This document shows, one piece after another, positions 41,401 to 56,400 of a stretch of DNA of 64,000 nucleotides; the first letter of the stretch is position 1, and the number at the start of each line of letters is the position of its first letter. Origin of the DNA: the human T2T-CHM13v2.0 reference genome, Homo sapiens. The notes beneath the pieces are model-generated. The model was not told the origin of the DNA, did no database searches, and worked only from the letters and a program-made list of their open reading frames with translations. The position numbers and the translations under genes are program-made. The stretch lies in assembly GCF_009914755.1 (NCBI RefSeq), contig NC_060948.1. One strand, written 5' to 3'.

Positions 41401-44400
41401 GGAACGGAATCAAATGGAATGGAATGGAATGGAATGGATTGGAATAGAATGGATTCAAATAAAATAGAATCGATTGCAATGGTATTGAATGGAAGGGACT
41501 TGAATGGAATGGAAAGCAATGGAAGATATTGGAATCGAATGGCATCGAATGAAATGGAATGGAACGGAATGGAACGGACCCGAATGGAATGGAATGGACT
41601 CAAATGTAATGTACTCGAATGGAATCGACTGAAATATAATAGACTCGAAAGGAATGGCCTCGAGCGGAATTTATTTGAATAGAATGGAATGAAATGGAAT
41701 ACAATAGTATGGAATGGAATCGAATGGAATGGAATCGAATGGAATGTAATCAAATGGAATGGAACGGAATTCAATATAATGGAGTAGAATGGAATGCATT
41801 GGAAAGGAGCAGAGTGGAATCAAGTGGATTGGAATCGAGTGGAATGGAATCAAAGGGAACGAAATCGAATTGAATGGACTTGAATGGAATTGAGTCGAAA
41901 GGAATTGACTCGAAAGGAATGGACTGGAACAGAAAGGAATCAAATGGACAGTAATGGAATGGAATGGACTCGAATGGAATGGAGTCAAATGCAAACGCAT
42001 CGAATGGAATGGATTCAAATGGAATGCAATTGAATGGAATAGAAAGGAAGAGAATGGAATTGAGATTAATGGAAAGATATCGATTGGAATGAAATGGAAT
42101 GGAAAGGAATTGAATGGAAAGGAATGGACTCGAAAGAAATGGATTGGAATGGAATGGTCTCCAACGGAATGGACTGGAGTGGAATGGAATCGAATGGAAA
42201 GAAAAGAATGGAACGGAATGGAACGGAAAGGAATAGAATGTTATGGAATCCGATTGGACAGAATGGAATGGAATGCAGCTTCATGAAATAGAGTCGAATA
42301 GAGTGGCATCAAAAGGAATGGAATGGAGTGGACTCAAAAGGAATGGACTCGAAAGGAATGGAGTCGAACCAAATTGAATCAAATGGATTGGAGTCGAACA
42401 GAATGGAATGGAATGGAATGAACTCGACTGGAGTAGAGAGGAATGAAAAGGAATAGAATGGAATGTAATCAAATGGATTGCAAGTGAATGGAATCAAAAA
42501 TAATAGAAATGAATTGAGTGTAAAGGGATGATATTGAATTAAATGGAATGGAATGGAATTTAATGGAATGGAGTCGAAGGAATGGACAGGAATGTAATGG
42601 ACTCCAATGGAATGGAATGGATGAAAATGGATTTGAACAGATTGGAATTGAACGGAATGGAATGCAATGAAATGGAATGGACTCGATCAGAACGGACTGG
42701 AGAGGAATGTACACAAATGGAATGGAAACGATAGGAATGGAATGAAATGGAATGGAATGCAATGGAATTGAAAGGAACGGAATCAAATGGAATGGAATGG
42801 AATGGAATGGATTGGAATAGAATGGATTCAAATAAAATAGAATCGATTGCAATGGTATTGAATGGAAGGGACTTGAATGGAATGGAAAGCAATGGAAGAT
42901 ATAGGAATCGAATGGCATCGAATGAAATGGAATGGAACGGAATGGAACGGACCCGAATGGAATGGAATGGACTCAAATGTAATGGACTCGAATGGAATCG
43001 AATGAAATATAATAGACTCGAAAGGAATGGCCTCGAGCGGAATTTATTTGAATAGAATGGAATGAAATGGAATACAATAGTATGGAATGGAATCGAATGG
43101 AATGGAATGGAATGGAATGTAATCAAATGGAATGGAACGGAATTCAATATAATGGAGTAGAATGGAATGCATTGGAAAGGAGCAGAGTGGAATCAAGTGG
43201 ATTGGAATCGAGTGGAATGGAATCAAAGGGAACGAAATCGAATTGAATGGACTTGAATGGAATTGAGTCGAAAGGAATTGACTCGAAAGGAATGGACTGG
43301 AACAGAAAGGAATCAAATGGACAGGAATGGAATGGAATGGACTCGAATGGAATGGAGTCAAATGCAAACGCATCGAATGGAATGGATTCAAATGGAATGC
43401 AATTGAATGGAATAGAAAGGAAGAGAATGGAATTGAGAGTAATGGAAAGATATCGATTGGAATGAAATGGAATGGAAAGGAATTGAATGGAAAGGAATGG
43501 ACTCGAAAGAAATGGATTGGAATGGAATGGTCTCCAACGGAATGGACTGGAGTGGAATGGAATCGAATGGAAAGAAAAGAATGGAACGGAATGGAACGGA
43601 AAGGAATAGAATGTTATGGAATCCGATTGGACAGAATGGAATGGAATGCAGTTTCATGAAATGGAGTGGAATAGAGTGGCATCAAAAGGAATGGAATGGA
43701 GTGGACTCCAAAGGAATGGACTCGAAAGGAATGGAGTCGAACCAAATTGAATCAAATGGATTGGAGTCGAACAGAATGGAATGGTATGGAATGAACTCGA
43801 CTGGAGTAGAGAGGAATGAAAAGGAATAGAATGGAAAGTAATCAAATGGATTGCAAGTGAATGGAATCAAAAATAATAGAAAGGAATGGAGTGTAAAGGG
43901 ATGATATTGAATTAAATGGAATGGAATGGAATTTAATGGAATGGAGTCGAAGGAATGGACAGGAATGTAATGGATTCCAATGGAATGGAATGGATCAAAA
44001 TGGATTTGAACAGACTGGAATTGAACGGAATGGAATGCAATGAAATGGAATGGACTCGATCAGAACGGACTGGAGAGGAATGTACACAAATGGAATGGAA
44101 ACGAAAGGAATGGAATGAAATGGAATGGAATGCAATGGAATTGAAAGGAACGGAATCAAATGGAATGGAATGGAATGGAATGGATTGGAATAGAATGGAT
44201 TCAAATAAAATAGAATTGATTGCAATGGTATTGAATGGAAGGGACGAGAATGGAATGGAAAGCAATGGAAGATATTGGAATCGAATGGCATCGAATGAAA
44301 TGGAATGGAACGGAATGGAACGGACCCGAATGGAATGGAATGGACTCAAATGTAATGGACTCGAATGGAATCGAATGAAATATAATAGACTCGAAAGGAA

Positions 44401-47400
44401 TGGCCTCGAGCGGAATTTATTTGAATAGAATGGAATCAAATGGAATACAATAGTATGGAATGGAATCGAATGGAATGGAATCGAATGGAATGTAATCAAA
44501 TGGAATGGAACGGAATTCAATATAATGGAGTAGAATGGAATGCATTGGAAAGGAGCAGAGTGGAATCGAGTGGATTGGAATCGAGTGGAATGGAATCAAA
44601 GGGAACGAAATCGAATTGAATGGACTTGAATGGAATTGAGTCGAAAGGAATTGACTCGAAAGGAATGGACTGGAACAAAAAGGAATCAAATGGACAGGAA
44701 TGGAATGGAATGGACTCGAATGGAATGGAGTCAAATGCAAACGCATAGAATGGAATGGATTCAAATGGAATACAATTGAATGGAATAGAAAGGAAGAGAA
44801 TGGAATTGTGAGTAATGGAAAGATATCAATTGGAATGAAATGGAATGGAAAGGAATTGAATGGAAAGGAATGGACTCGAAAGAAATGGATTGGAATGGAA
44901 TGGTCTCCAATGGAATGGACTGGAGTGGAATGGAATCGAATGGAAAGAAAAGAATGGAACGGAATGGAACGGAAAGGAATAGAATGTTATGGAATCCGAT
45001 TGGACAGAATGGAATGGAATGCTGTTTCATGAAATGGAGTCCAATAGAGTGGCATCAAAAGGAATGGAATGGAGTGGACTCAAGAGGAATGGACTCGAAA
45101 GGAATGGAGTCGAACAAAATTGAATCAAATGGATTGGAGTCGAACAGAATGGAATGGAATGGAATGAACTCGACTGGAGTAGAGAGGAATGAAAAGGAAT
45201 AGAATGGAATGTAATCAAATGGATTGCAAGTGAATGGAATCAAAAATAATAGAAAGGAATGGAGTGTAAAGGGATGATATTGAATTAAATGGAATGGAAT
45301 GGAATTTAATGGAATGGAGTCGAAGGAATGGACAGGAATGTAATGGACTCCAATGGAATGGAATGGATCAAAATGGATTTGAACAGATTGGAATAGAACG
45401 GAATCGAATGCAATGAAATGGAATGGACTCGATCAGAACGGACAGGAGAGGAATGTACACAAATGGAATGGAAACGAATGGAATGCAATGAAATGGAATG
45501 GAATGCAATGGAATTGAAATAACGGAATCAAATGGAATGGAATGGAATGGAATGAAATGGATTGGAATAGAATGAATTTAAATAAAATAGAATCGATTGC
45601 AATGGTATTGAATGGAAGGGACTTGAATGGAATGGAAAGCAATGGAAGATATTGGAATCGAATGGCATCGAATGAAATGGAATGGAACGGAATGGAACGG
45701 ACCCGAATGGAATGGAATGGACTCAAATGTAATGGACTCGAATGGAATCGACTGAAATATAATAGACTCGAAAGGAATGGCCTCGAGCGGAATTTATTTG
45801 TATAGAATGGAATCAAATGGAATACAATAGTATGGAATGGAATCGAATGGAATGGAATCGAATGGAATGTAATCAAATGGAATGGAACGGAATTCAATAT
45901 AATGGAGTAGAATGGAATGCATTGGAAAGGAGCAGAGTGGAATCGACTGGATTGGAATCGAGTGGAATGGAATCAAAGGGAACGAAATCGAATTGAATGG
46001 ACTTGAATGGAATTGAGTCGAAAGGAATTGACTCGATAGGAATGGACTGGAACAAAAAGGAATCAAATGGACAGGAATGGAATGGAATGGACTCGAATGG
46101 AATGGAGTCAAATGCAAACGCATCGAATGGAATGGATTCAAATGGAATGCAATTGAATGGAATAGAAAGGAAGAGAATGGAATTGAGAGTAATGGAAAGA
46201 TATCGATTGGAATGAAATGGAATGGAAAGGAATTGAATGGAAAGTAATGGACTCGAAAGAAATGGATTGGAATGGAATGGTCTCCAATGGAATGGACTGG
46301 AGTGGAATGGAATCGAATGGAAAGAAAAGAATGGAACGGAATGGAACGGAAAGGAATAGAATGTTATGGAATCCGATTGGACAGAATGGAATGGAATGCA
46401 GTTTCATGAAATGGAGTCGAATAGAGTGGCATCAAAAGGAATGGAATGGAGTGGACTCAAAAGGAATGGACTCGAAAGGAATGGAGTCGAACCAAATTGA
46501 ATCAAATGGATTGGAGTCGAACAGAATGGAATGGAATGGAATGAACTCGACTGGAGTAGAGAGGAATGAAAAGGAATAGAATGGAATGTAATCAAATGGA
46601 TTGCAAGTGAATGGAATCAAAAATAATAGAAAGGAATGGAGTGTAAAGGGATGATATTGAATTAAATGGAATGGAATGGAATTTAATGGAATGGAGTCGA
46701 AGGAATGGACAGGAATGTAATGGACTCCAAAGGAATAGAATGGATCAAAATGGATTTGAACAGATTGGAATAGAACGGAATGGAATGCAATGAAATGGAA
46801 TGGACTCGATCAGAACGGACTGGAGAGGAATGTACACAAATGGAATGGAAACGAAAGGAATGGAATGAAATGGAATGGAATGCAATGGAATTGAAAGCAA
46901 CGGAATCAAATGGAATGGAATGGATTGGAATAGAATGGATTGGAATAGAATGGATTCAAATAAAATAGAATCGATTGCAATGGTATTGAATGGAAGGGAC
47001 TTGAATGGAATGGAAAGCAATGGAAGATATTGGAATCGAATGGCATCGAATGAAATGGAATGGAACGGAATGGAACGGACCCGAATGGAATGGAATGGAC
47101 TCAAATGTAATGGACTCGAATGGAATCGACTGAAATATAATAGACTCGAAAGGAATGGCCTCGAGCGGAATTTATTTGAATAGAATGGAATGAAATGGAA
47201 TACAATAGTATGGAATGGAATCGAATGGAATGGAATCGAATGGAATGTAATCAAATTGAATGGAACGGAATTCAATTTAATGGAGTAGAATGGAATGCAT
47301 TGGAAAGGAGCAGAGTGGAATCGAGTGGATTGGAATCGAGTGGAATGGAATCAAAGGGAACGAAATCGAATTGAATGGACTTGAATGGAATTGAGTCGAA

Positions 47401-50400
47401 AGGAATTGACTCGAAAGGAATGGACTGGAACAAAAAGGAATCAAATGGACAGGAATGGAATGGAATGGACTCGAATGGAATGGAGTCAAATGCAAACGCA
47501 TCGAATGGAATGGATTCAAATGGAATGCAATTGAATGGAATAGAAAGGAAGAGAATGGAATTGAGAGTAATGGAAAGATATCGATTGGAATGAAATGGAA
47601 TGGAAAGGAATTGAATGGAAAGGAATGGACTCGAAAGAAATGGATTGGAATGGAATGGTCTCCAATGGAATGGACTGGAGTGGAATGGAATCCAATGGAA
47701 AGAAAATAATGGAACGGAATGGAACGGAAAGGAATAGAATGTTATGGAATCCGATTGGACAGAATGGAATGGAATGCAGTTTCATGAAATGGAGTCGAAT
47801 AGAGTGGCATCAAAAGGAATGGAATGGAGTGGACTCAAAAGGAATGGACTCGAAAGGAATGGAGTAGAACCAAATTGAATCAAATGGATTGGGGTCGAAC
47901 AGAATGGAATGGAATGGAATGAACTCGACTGGAGTAGAGAGGAATGAAAAGGAATAGAATGGAATGTAATCAAATGGATTGCAAGTGAATGGAATCAAAA
48001 ATAATAGAAAGGAATGGAGTGTAAAGGGATGATATTGAATTAAATGGAATGGAATGGAATTTAATGGAATGGAGTCGAAGGAATGGACAGGAATGTAATG
48101 GACTCCAATGGAATGGAATGTATCAAAATGGATTTGAACAGATTGGAATGGAACGGAATGGAATGCAATGAAATGGAATGGACTCGATCAGAACGGACTG
48201 GAGAGGAATGTACACAAATGGAATGGAAACGAAAGGAATGGAATGAAATGGAATGGAATGCAATGGAATTGAAAGGAACGGAATCAAATGGAATGGAATG
48301 GAATGGAATGGATTGGAATAGAATGGATTCAAATAAAATAGAATCGATTGGAATGGTATTGAATGGAAGGGACTTGAATGGAATGGAAAGCAATGGAAGA
48401 TATTGGAATCGAATGGCATCGAATGAAATGGAATGGAACGGAATGGAACGGACCCGAATGGAATGGAATGGACTCAAATGTAATGGACTCGAATGGAATC
48501 GACTGAAATATAATAGACTCGAAAGGAATGGCCTCGAGCGGAATTTATTTGAATAGAATGGAATCAAATGGAATACAATAGTATGGAATGGAATCGAATG
48601 GAATGGAATCGAATGGAATGTAATCAAATGGAATGGAACGGAATTCAATATAATGGAGTAGAATGGAATGCATTGGAAAGGAGCAGAGTGGAATCGAGTG
48701 GATTGGAATCGAGTGGAATGGAATCAAAGGGAACGAAATCGAATTGAATGGACTTGAATGGAATTGAGTCGAAAGAAATGGACTCGAAAGGAATGGACTG
48801 GAACAAAAAGGAATCAAATGGACAGGAATGGAATGGAATGGACTCGAATGGAATGGAGTCAAATGCAAACGCATCGAATGGAATGGATTCAAATGGAATG
48901 CAATTGAATGGAATAGAAAGTAAGAGAATGGAATTGAGAGTAATGGAAAGATATCGATTGGAATGAAATGGAATGGAAAGGAATTGAATGGAAAGGAATG
49001 GACTCGAAAGAAATGGGTTGGAATGGAATGGTCTCCAATGGAATGGACTGGAGTGGAATGGAATCGAATGGAATGAAAAGAATGGAACGGAATGGAACGG
49101 AAAGGAATAGAATGTTATGGAATCCGATTGGACAGAATGGAATGGAATGCAGTTTCATGAAATGGAGTCAAATAGAGTGGCATCAAAAGGAATGGAATGG
49201 AGTGGACTCAAGAGGAATGGACTCGAAAGGAATGGAGTCGAACCAAATTGAATCAAATGGATTGGAGTCGAACAGAATGGAATGGAATGGAATGAACTCG
49301 ACTGGAGTAGAGAGGAATGAAAAGGAATAGAATGGAATGTAATCAAATGGATTGCAAGTGAATGGAATCAAAAATAATAGAAAGGAATGGAGTGTAAAGG
49401 GATGATATTGAATTAAATGGAATGGAATGGAATTTAATGGAATGGAGTCGAAGGAATGGACAGGAATGTAATGGACTCCAATGGAATGGAATGGATGAAA
49501 ACGGATTTGAACAGATTGGAATAGAACGGAATGGAATGCAATGAAATGGAATGGACTCGATCAGAACGGACTTTAGAGGAATGTACACAAATGGAATGGA
49601 AACGAACGGAATGCAATGAAATGGAATGGAATGCAATGGAATTGAAAGGAACGTAATCAAATGGAATGGAATGGAATGGAATGGAATGGATTGGAATAGA
49701 ATGAATTTAAATAAAATAGAATCGATTGCAATGGTATTGAATGGAAGGGACTTGAATGTAATGGAAAGCAATGGAAGATATTGGAATCGAATGGCATCGA
49801 ATGAAATGGAATGGAACGGAATGGAACGGACCCGAATGGAATGGAATGGACTCAAATGTAATGGACTCGAAAGAAATCGACTGAAATATAATAGACTCGA
49901 AAGGAATGGCCTCGAGCGGAATTTATTTGAATAGAATGGAATCAAATGGAATACAATAGTATGGAATGGAATCGAATGGAATGGAATCGAATGGAATGTA
50001 ATCAAATGGAATGGAACGGAATTCAATATAATGGAGTAGAATGGAATGCATTGGAAAGGAGCAGAGTGGAATCGAGTGGATTGGAATCGAGTGGAATGGA
50101 ATCAAAGGGAACGAAATCGAATTGAATGGACTTGAATGGAATTGAGTCGAAAGGAATTGACTGGAAAGGAATGGACTGGAACAAAAAGGAATCAAATGGA
50201 CAGGAATGGAATGGAATGGACTCGAATGGAATGGAGTCAAATGCAAACGCATCGAATGGAATGGATTCAAATGGAATGCAATTGAATGGAATAGAAAGGA
50301 AGAGAATGGAATTGAGAGTAATGGAAAGATATCGATTGGAATGAAATGGAATGGAAAGGAATTGAATGGAAAGGAATGGACTCGAAAGAAATGGATTGGA

Positions 50401-53400
50401 ATGGAATGGTCTCCAATGGAATGGACTGGAGTGGAATGGAATCGAATGGAAAGAAAATAATGGAACGGAATGGAACGGAAAAGAATAGAATGTTATGGAA
50501 TCCGATTGGACAGAATGGAATGGAATGCAGTTTCATGAAATGGAGTCGAATAGAGTGGCATCAAAAGGAATGGAATGGAGTGGACTAAAAAGGAATGGAC
50601 TCGAAAGGAATGGAGTCGAACCAAATTGAATCAAATGGATTGGAGTCAAACAGAATGGAATGGAATGGAATGAACTCGACTGGAGTAGAGAGGAATGAAA
50701 AGGAATAGAATGGAATGTAATCAAATGGATTGCAAGTGAATGGAATCAAAAATAATAGAAAGGAATGGAGTGTAAAGGGATGATATTGAATTAAATGGAA
50801 TGCAATGGAATTTAATGGAATGGAGTCGAAGGAATGGACAGGAATGTAATGGACTCCAATGGAATGGAATGGATCAAAATGGATTTGAACAGATTGGAAT
50901 GGAACGGAATGGAATGCAATGAAATGGAATGGACTCGATCAGAACGGACTGGAGAGGAATGTACACAAATGGAATGGAAACGAATGGAATGCAATGAAAT
51001 GGGGTGGAATGCAATGGAATTGAAAGGAACGGAATCAAATGGAATGGAATGGAATGCAATGGATTGGAATAGAATGGATTCAAATAAAATAGAATCGATT
51101 GCAATGGTATTGAATGGAAGGGACTTGAATGGAATGGAAAGCAATGGAAGATATTGGAATCGAATGGCATCGAATGAAATGGAATGGAACGGAATGGAAC
51201 GGACCCGAATGGAATGGAATGGACTCAAATGTAATGGACTCGAATGGAATCGACTGAAATATAATAGACTCGAAAGGAATGGCCTCGAGCGGAATTTATT
51301 TGAATAGAATGGAATCAAATGGAATACAATAGTATGGAATGGAATCGAATGGAATGGAATCGAATGGAATGTAATCAAATGGAATAGAACGGAATTCAAT
51401 ATAATGGAGTAGAATTGAATGCATTGGAAAGGAGCAGAGTGGAATCGAGTGGATTGGAATCGAGTGGAATGGAATCAAAGGGAACGAAATCGAATTGAAT
51501 GGACTTGAATGGAATTGAGTCGAAAGGAATTGACTCGAAAGGAATGGACTGGAACAAAAAGGAATCAAATGGACAGGAATGGAATGGAATGGACTCGAAT
51601 GGAATGGAGTCAAATGCAAACGCATCGAATGGAATGGATTCAAATGGAATGCAATTGAATGGAATAGAAAGGAAGAGAATGGAATTGAGAGTAATGGAAA
51701 GATATCGATTGGAATGAAATGGAATGGAAAGGAAGTGAATGGAAAGGAATGGACTCGAAAGAAATGGGTTGGAATGGAATGGTCTCCAATGGAATGGACT
51801 GGAGTGGAATGGAATCGAATGGAATGAAAAGAATGGAACGGAATGGAACGGAAAGGAATAGAATGTTATGGAATCCGATTGGACAGAATGGAATGGAATG
51901 CAGTTTCATGAAATGGAGTCAAATAGAGTGGCATCAAAAGGAATGGAATGGAGTGGACTCAAGAGGAATGGACTCGAAAGGAATGGAGTCGAACCAAATT
52001 GTATCAAATGGATTGGAGTCGAACAGAATGGAATGGAATGGAATGAACTCGACTGGAGTAGAGAGGAATGAAAAGGAATAGAATGGAATGTAATCAAATG
52101 GATTGCAAGTGAATGGAATCAAAAATAATAGAAAGGAATGGAGTGTAAAGGGATGATATTGAATTAAATGGAATGGAACGGAATTTAATGGAATGGAGTC
52201 GAAGGAATGGACAGGAATGTAATGGACTCCAATGGAATGGAATGTATCAAAATGGATTTGAACAGATTGGAATGGAACGGAATGGAATGCAATGAAATGG
52301 AATGGACTCGATCAGAACGGACTGGAGAGGAATGTACACAAATGGAATGGAAACGAATGGAATGCAATGAAATGGAATGGAATGCAATGGAATTGAAAGG
52401 AACGGAATCAAATGGAATGGAATGGAATGGAATGGCATGGATTGGAATAGAATGAATTTAAATAAAATAGAATCGATTGCAATGGTATTGAATGGAAGGG
52501 ACTTGAGTGGAATGGAAAGCAATGGAAGATATTGGAATCGAATGGCATCGAATGAAATGGAATGGAACGGAATGGAGCGGACCCGAATGGAATGGAATGG
52601 ACTCAAATGTAATGGACTCGAATGGAATCGACTGAAATATAATAGACTCGAAAGGAATGGCCTCGAGCGGAATTTATTTGAATAGAATGGAATCAAATGG
52701 AATACAATAGTATGGAATGGAATCGAATGGAATGGAATCGAATGGAATGTAATCAAATGGAATGGAACGGAATTCAAAATAATGGAGTAGAATGGAATGC
52801 ATTGGAAAGGAGCAGAGTGGAATCGAGTGGATTGGAATCGAGTGGAATGGAATCCAAGGGAACGAAATCGAATTGAATGGACTTGAATGGAATTGAGTCG
52901 AAAGGAATTGACTCGATAGGAATGGACTGGAACAAAAAGGAATCAAATGGACGGGAATGGAATGGAATGGACTCGAATGGAATGGAGTCAAATGCAAACG
53001 CATCGAATGGAATGGATTCAAATGGAATGCAATTGAATGGAATAGAAAGGAAGAGAATGGAATTGAGAGTAATGGAAAGATACCGATTGGAATGAAATGG
53101 AATGAAAAGGAATTGAATGGAAAGTAATGGACTCGAAAGAAATGGATTGGAATGGAATGGTCTCCAATGGAATGGACTGGAGTGGAATGAAATCGAATGG
53201 AAAGAAAAGAATGGAACGGAATGGAACGGAAGGGAATAGAATGTTATGGAATCCGATTGGACAGAATGGAATGAAATGCAGTTTCATGAAATGGAGTCAA
53301 ATAGAGTGGCATCAAAAGGAATGGAATGGAGTGGACTCAAAAGGAATGGACTCGAAAGGAATGGAGTCGAACCAAATTGAATCGAATGGATTGGAGTCGA

Positions 53401-56400
53401 ACAGAATGGAATGGAATGGAATGAACTTGACTGGAGTAGAGAGGAATGAAAAGGAATAGAATGGAATGTAATCAAATGGATTGCAAGTGAATGGAATCAA
53501 AAATAATAGAAAGGAATGGAGTGTAAAGGGATGATATTGAATTAAATGGAATGGAATGGAATTTAATGGAATGGAGTCGAAGGAATGGACAGGAATGTAA
53601 TGGACTCCAATGTAATGGAATTGATGAAAATGGATTTGAACAGATTGGAATCGAACGGAATGGAATGCAATGAAATGGAATGGACTCGATCAGAACGGAC
53701 TGGAGAGGAATGTATACAAATGGAATGGAAACGAAAGGAATGGAATGAAATGGAATGGAATGCAATGGAATTGAAAGGAACGGAATGAAATGGAATGGAA
53801 TGGAATGGAATGGATTGGAATAGAATGGATTCAAATAAAATAGAATCGATTGCAATGGTATTGAATGGAAGGGACTTGAATGGAATGGAAAGCAATGGAA
53901 GATATTGCAATCGAATGGCATCGAATGAAATGGAATGGAACGGAATGGAACGGACCCGAATGGAATGGAATGGACTCAAATGTAATGGACTCGAATGGAA
54001 TCGAATGAAATATAATAGACTCGATAGGAATGGCCTCGAGCGGAATTTATTTGAATAGAATGGAATGAAATGGAAGACAATAGTATGAAATGGAATCGAA
54101 TGGAATGGAATCGAATGGAATGTAATCAAATGGAATGGAACGTAATTCAATATAATGGAGAAGAATGGAATGCATTGGAAAGGAGCAGAGTGGAATCGAG
54201 TGGATTGGAATCGAGTGGAATGGAATCAAAGGGAACGAAATCGAATTGAATGGATTTGAATGGAATTGAGTCGAAAGGAATTGACTCGAAAGGAATGGAC
54301 TGGAACAAAAAGGAATCAAATGGACAGGAATGGAATGGAATGGACTCGAATGGAATGGAGTGAAATGCAAACGAATCGAATGGAATGGATTCAAAGGGAA
54401 TGCAATTGAATGGAATAGAAAGGAAGAGAATGGAATTGAGAGTAATGGAAAGATATCGATTGGAATGAAATGGAATGGAAAGGAATTGAATGGAAAGGAA
54501 TGGACTCGAAAGAAATGGATTGGAATGGAATGGTTTCCAATGGAATGGACTGGAGTGGAATGGAATCGAATGGAAAGAAAAGAATGGAACGGAATGGAAC
54601 GGAAAGGAATAGAATGTTATGGAATCCGATTGGACAGAATGGAATGGAATGCAGTTTCATGAAATGGAGTCGAATAGAGTGGCATCAAAAGGAATGGAAT
54701 GGAGTGGACTAAAAAGGAATGGACTCGAAAGGAATGGAGTCGAACCAAATTGAATCAAATGGATTGGAGTCGAACAGAATGGAATGGAATGGAATGAACT
54801 CGACTGGAGTAGAGAGGAATGAAAAGGAATAGAATGGAATGTAATCAAATGGATTGCAAGTGAATGGAATCAAAAATAATAGAAAGGAATGGAGTGTAAA
54901 GGGATGATATTGAATTAAATGGAATGGAATGGAATTTAATGGAATGGAGTCGAAGGAATGGACAGGAATGTAATGGACTCCAATGGAATGGAATGGATCA
55001 AAATGGATTTGAACAGATTGGAATGGAACGGAATGGAATGCAATGAAATGGAATGGACTCGATCAGAACGGACTGGAGAGGAATGTACACAAATGGAATG
55101 GAAACGAATGGAATGCAATGAAATGGAGTGGAATGCAATGGAATTGAAAGGAACGGAATCAAATGGAATGGAATGGAATGCAATGGATTGGAATAGAATG
55201 GATTCAAATAAAATAGAATCGATTGCAATGGTATTGAATGGAAGGGACTTGAATGGAATGGAAAGCAATGGAAGATATTGGAATCGAATGGCATCGAATG
55301 AAATGGAATGGAACGGAATGGAACGGACCCGAATGGAATGGAATGGACTCAAATGTAATGGACTCGAATGGAATCGACTGAAATATAATAGACTCGAAAG
55401 GAATGGCCTCGAGCGGAATTTATTTGAATAGAATGGAATCAAATGGAATACAATAGTATGGAATGGAATCGAATGGAATGGAATCGAATGGAATGTAATC
55501 AAATGGAATGGAACGGAATTCAATATAATGGAGTAGAATTGAATGCATTGGAAAGGAGCAGAGTGGAATAGAGTGGATTGGAATCGAGTGGAATGGAATC
55601 AAAGGGAACAAAATCGAATTGAATGGACTTGAATGGAATTGAGTCGAAAGGAATTGACTCGAAAGGAATGGACTGGAACAAAAAGGAATCAAATGGACAG
55701 GAATGGAATGGAATGGACTCGAATGGAATGGAGTCAAATGCAAACGCATCGAATGGAATGGATTCAAATGGAATGCAATTGAATGGAATAGAAAGTAAGA
55801 GAATGGAATTGAGAGTAATGGAAAGATATCGATTGGAATGAAATGGAATGGAAAGGAATTGAATGGAAAGGAATGGACTCGAAAGAAATGGGTTGGAATG
55901 GAATGGTCTCCAATGGAATGGACTGGAGTGGAATGGAATCGAATGGAATGAAAAGAATGGAACGGAATGGAACGGAAAGGAATAGAATGTTATGGAATCC
56001 GATTGGACAGAATGGAATGGAATGCAGTTTCATGAAATGGAGTCAAATAGAGTGGCATCAAAAGGAATGGAATGGAGTGGACTCAAAAGGAATGGACTCG
56101 AAAGGAATGGAGTCGAACCAAATTGAATCGAATGGATTGGAGTCGAACAGAATGGAATGGAATGGAATGAACTCGACTGGAGTAGAGAGGAATGAAAAGG
56201 AATAGAATGGAATGTAATCAAATGGATTGCAAGGGAATGGATTCAAAAATAATAGAAAGGAATGGAGTGTAAAGGGATGATATTGAATTAAATGGAATGG
56301 AATGGAATTTAATGGAATGGAGTCGAAGGAATGGACAGGAATGTAATGGACTCCAATGTAATGGAATGGATGAAAATGGATTTGAACAGATTGGAATCGA

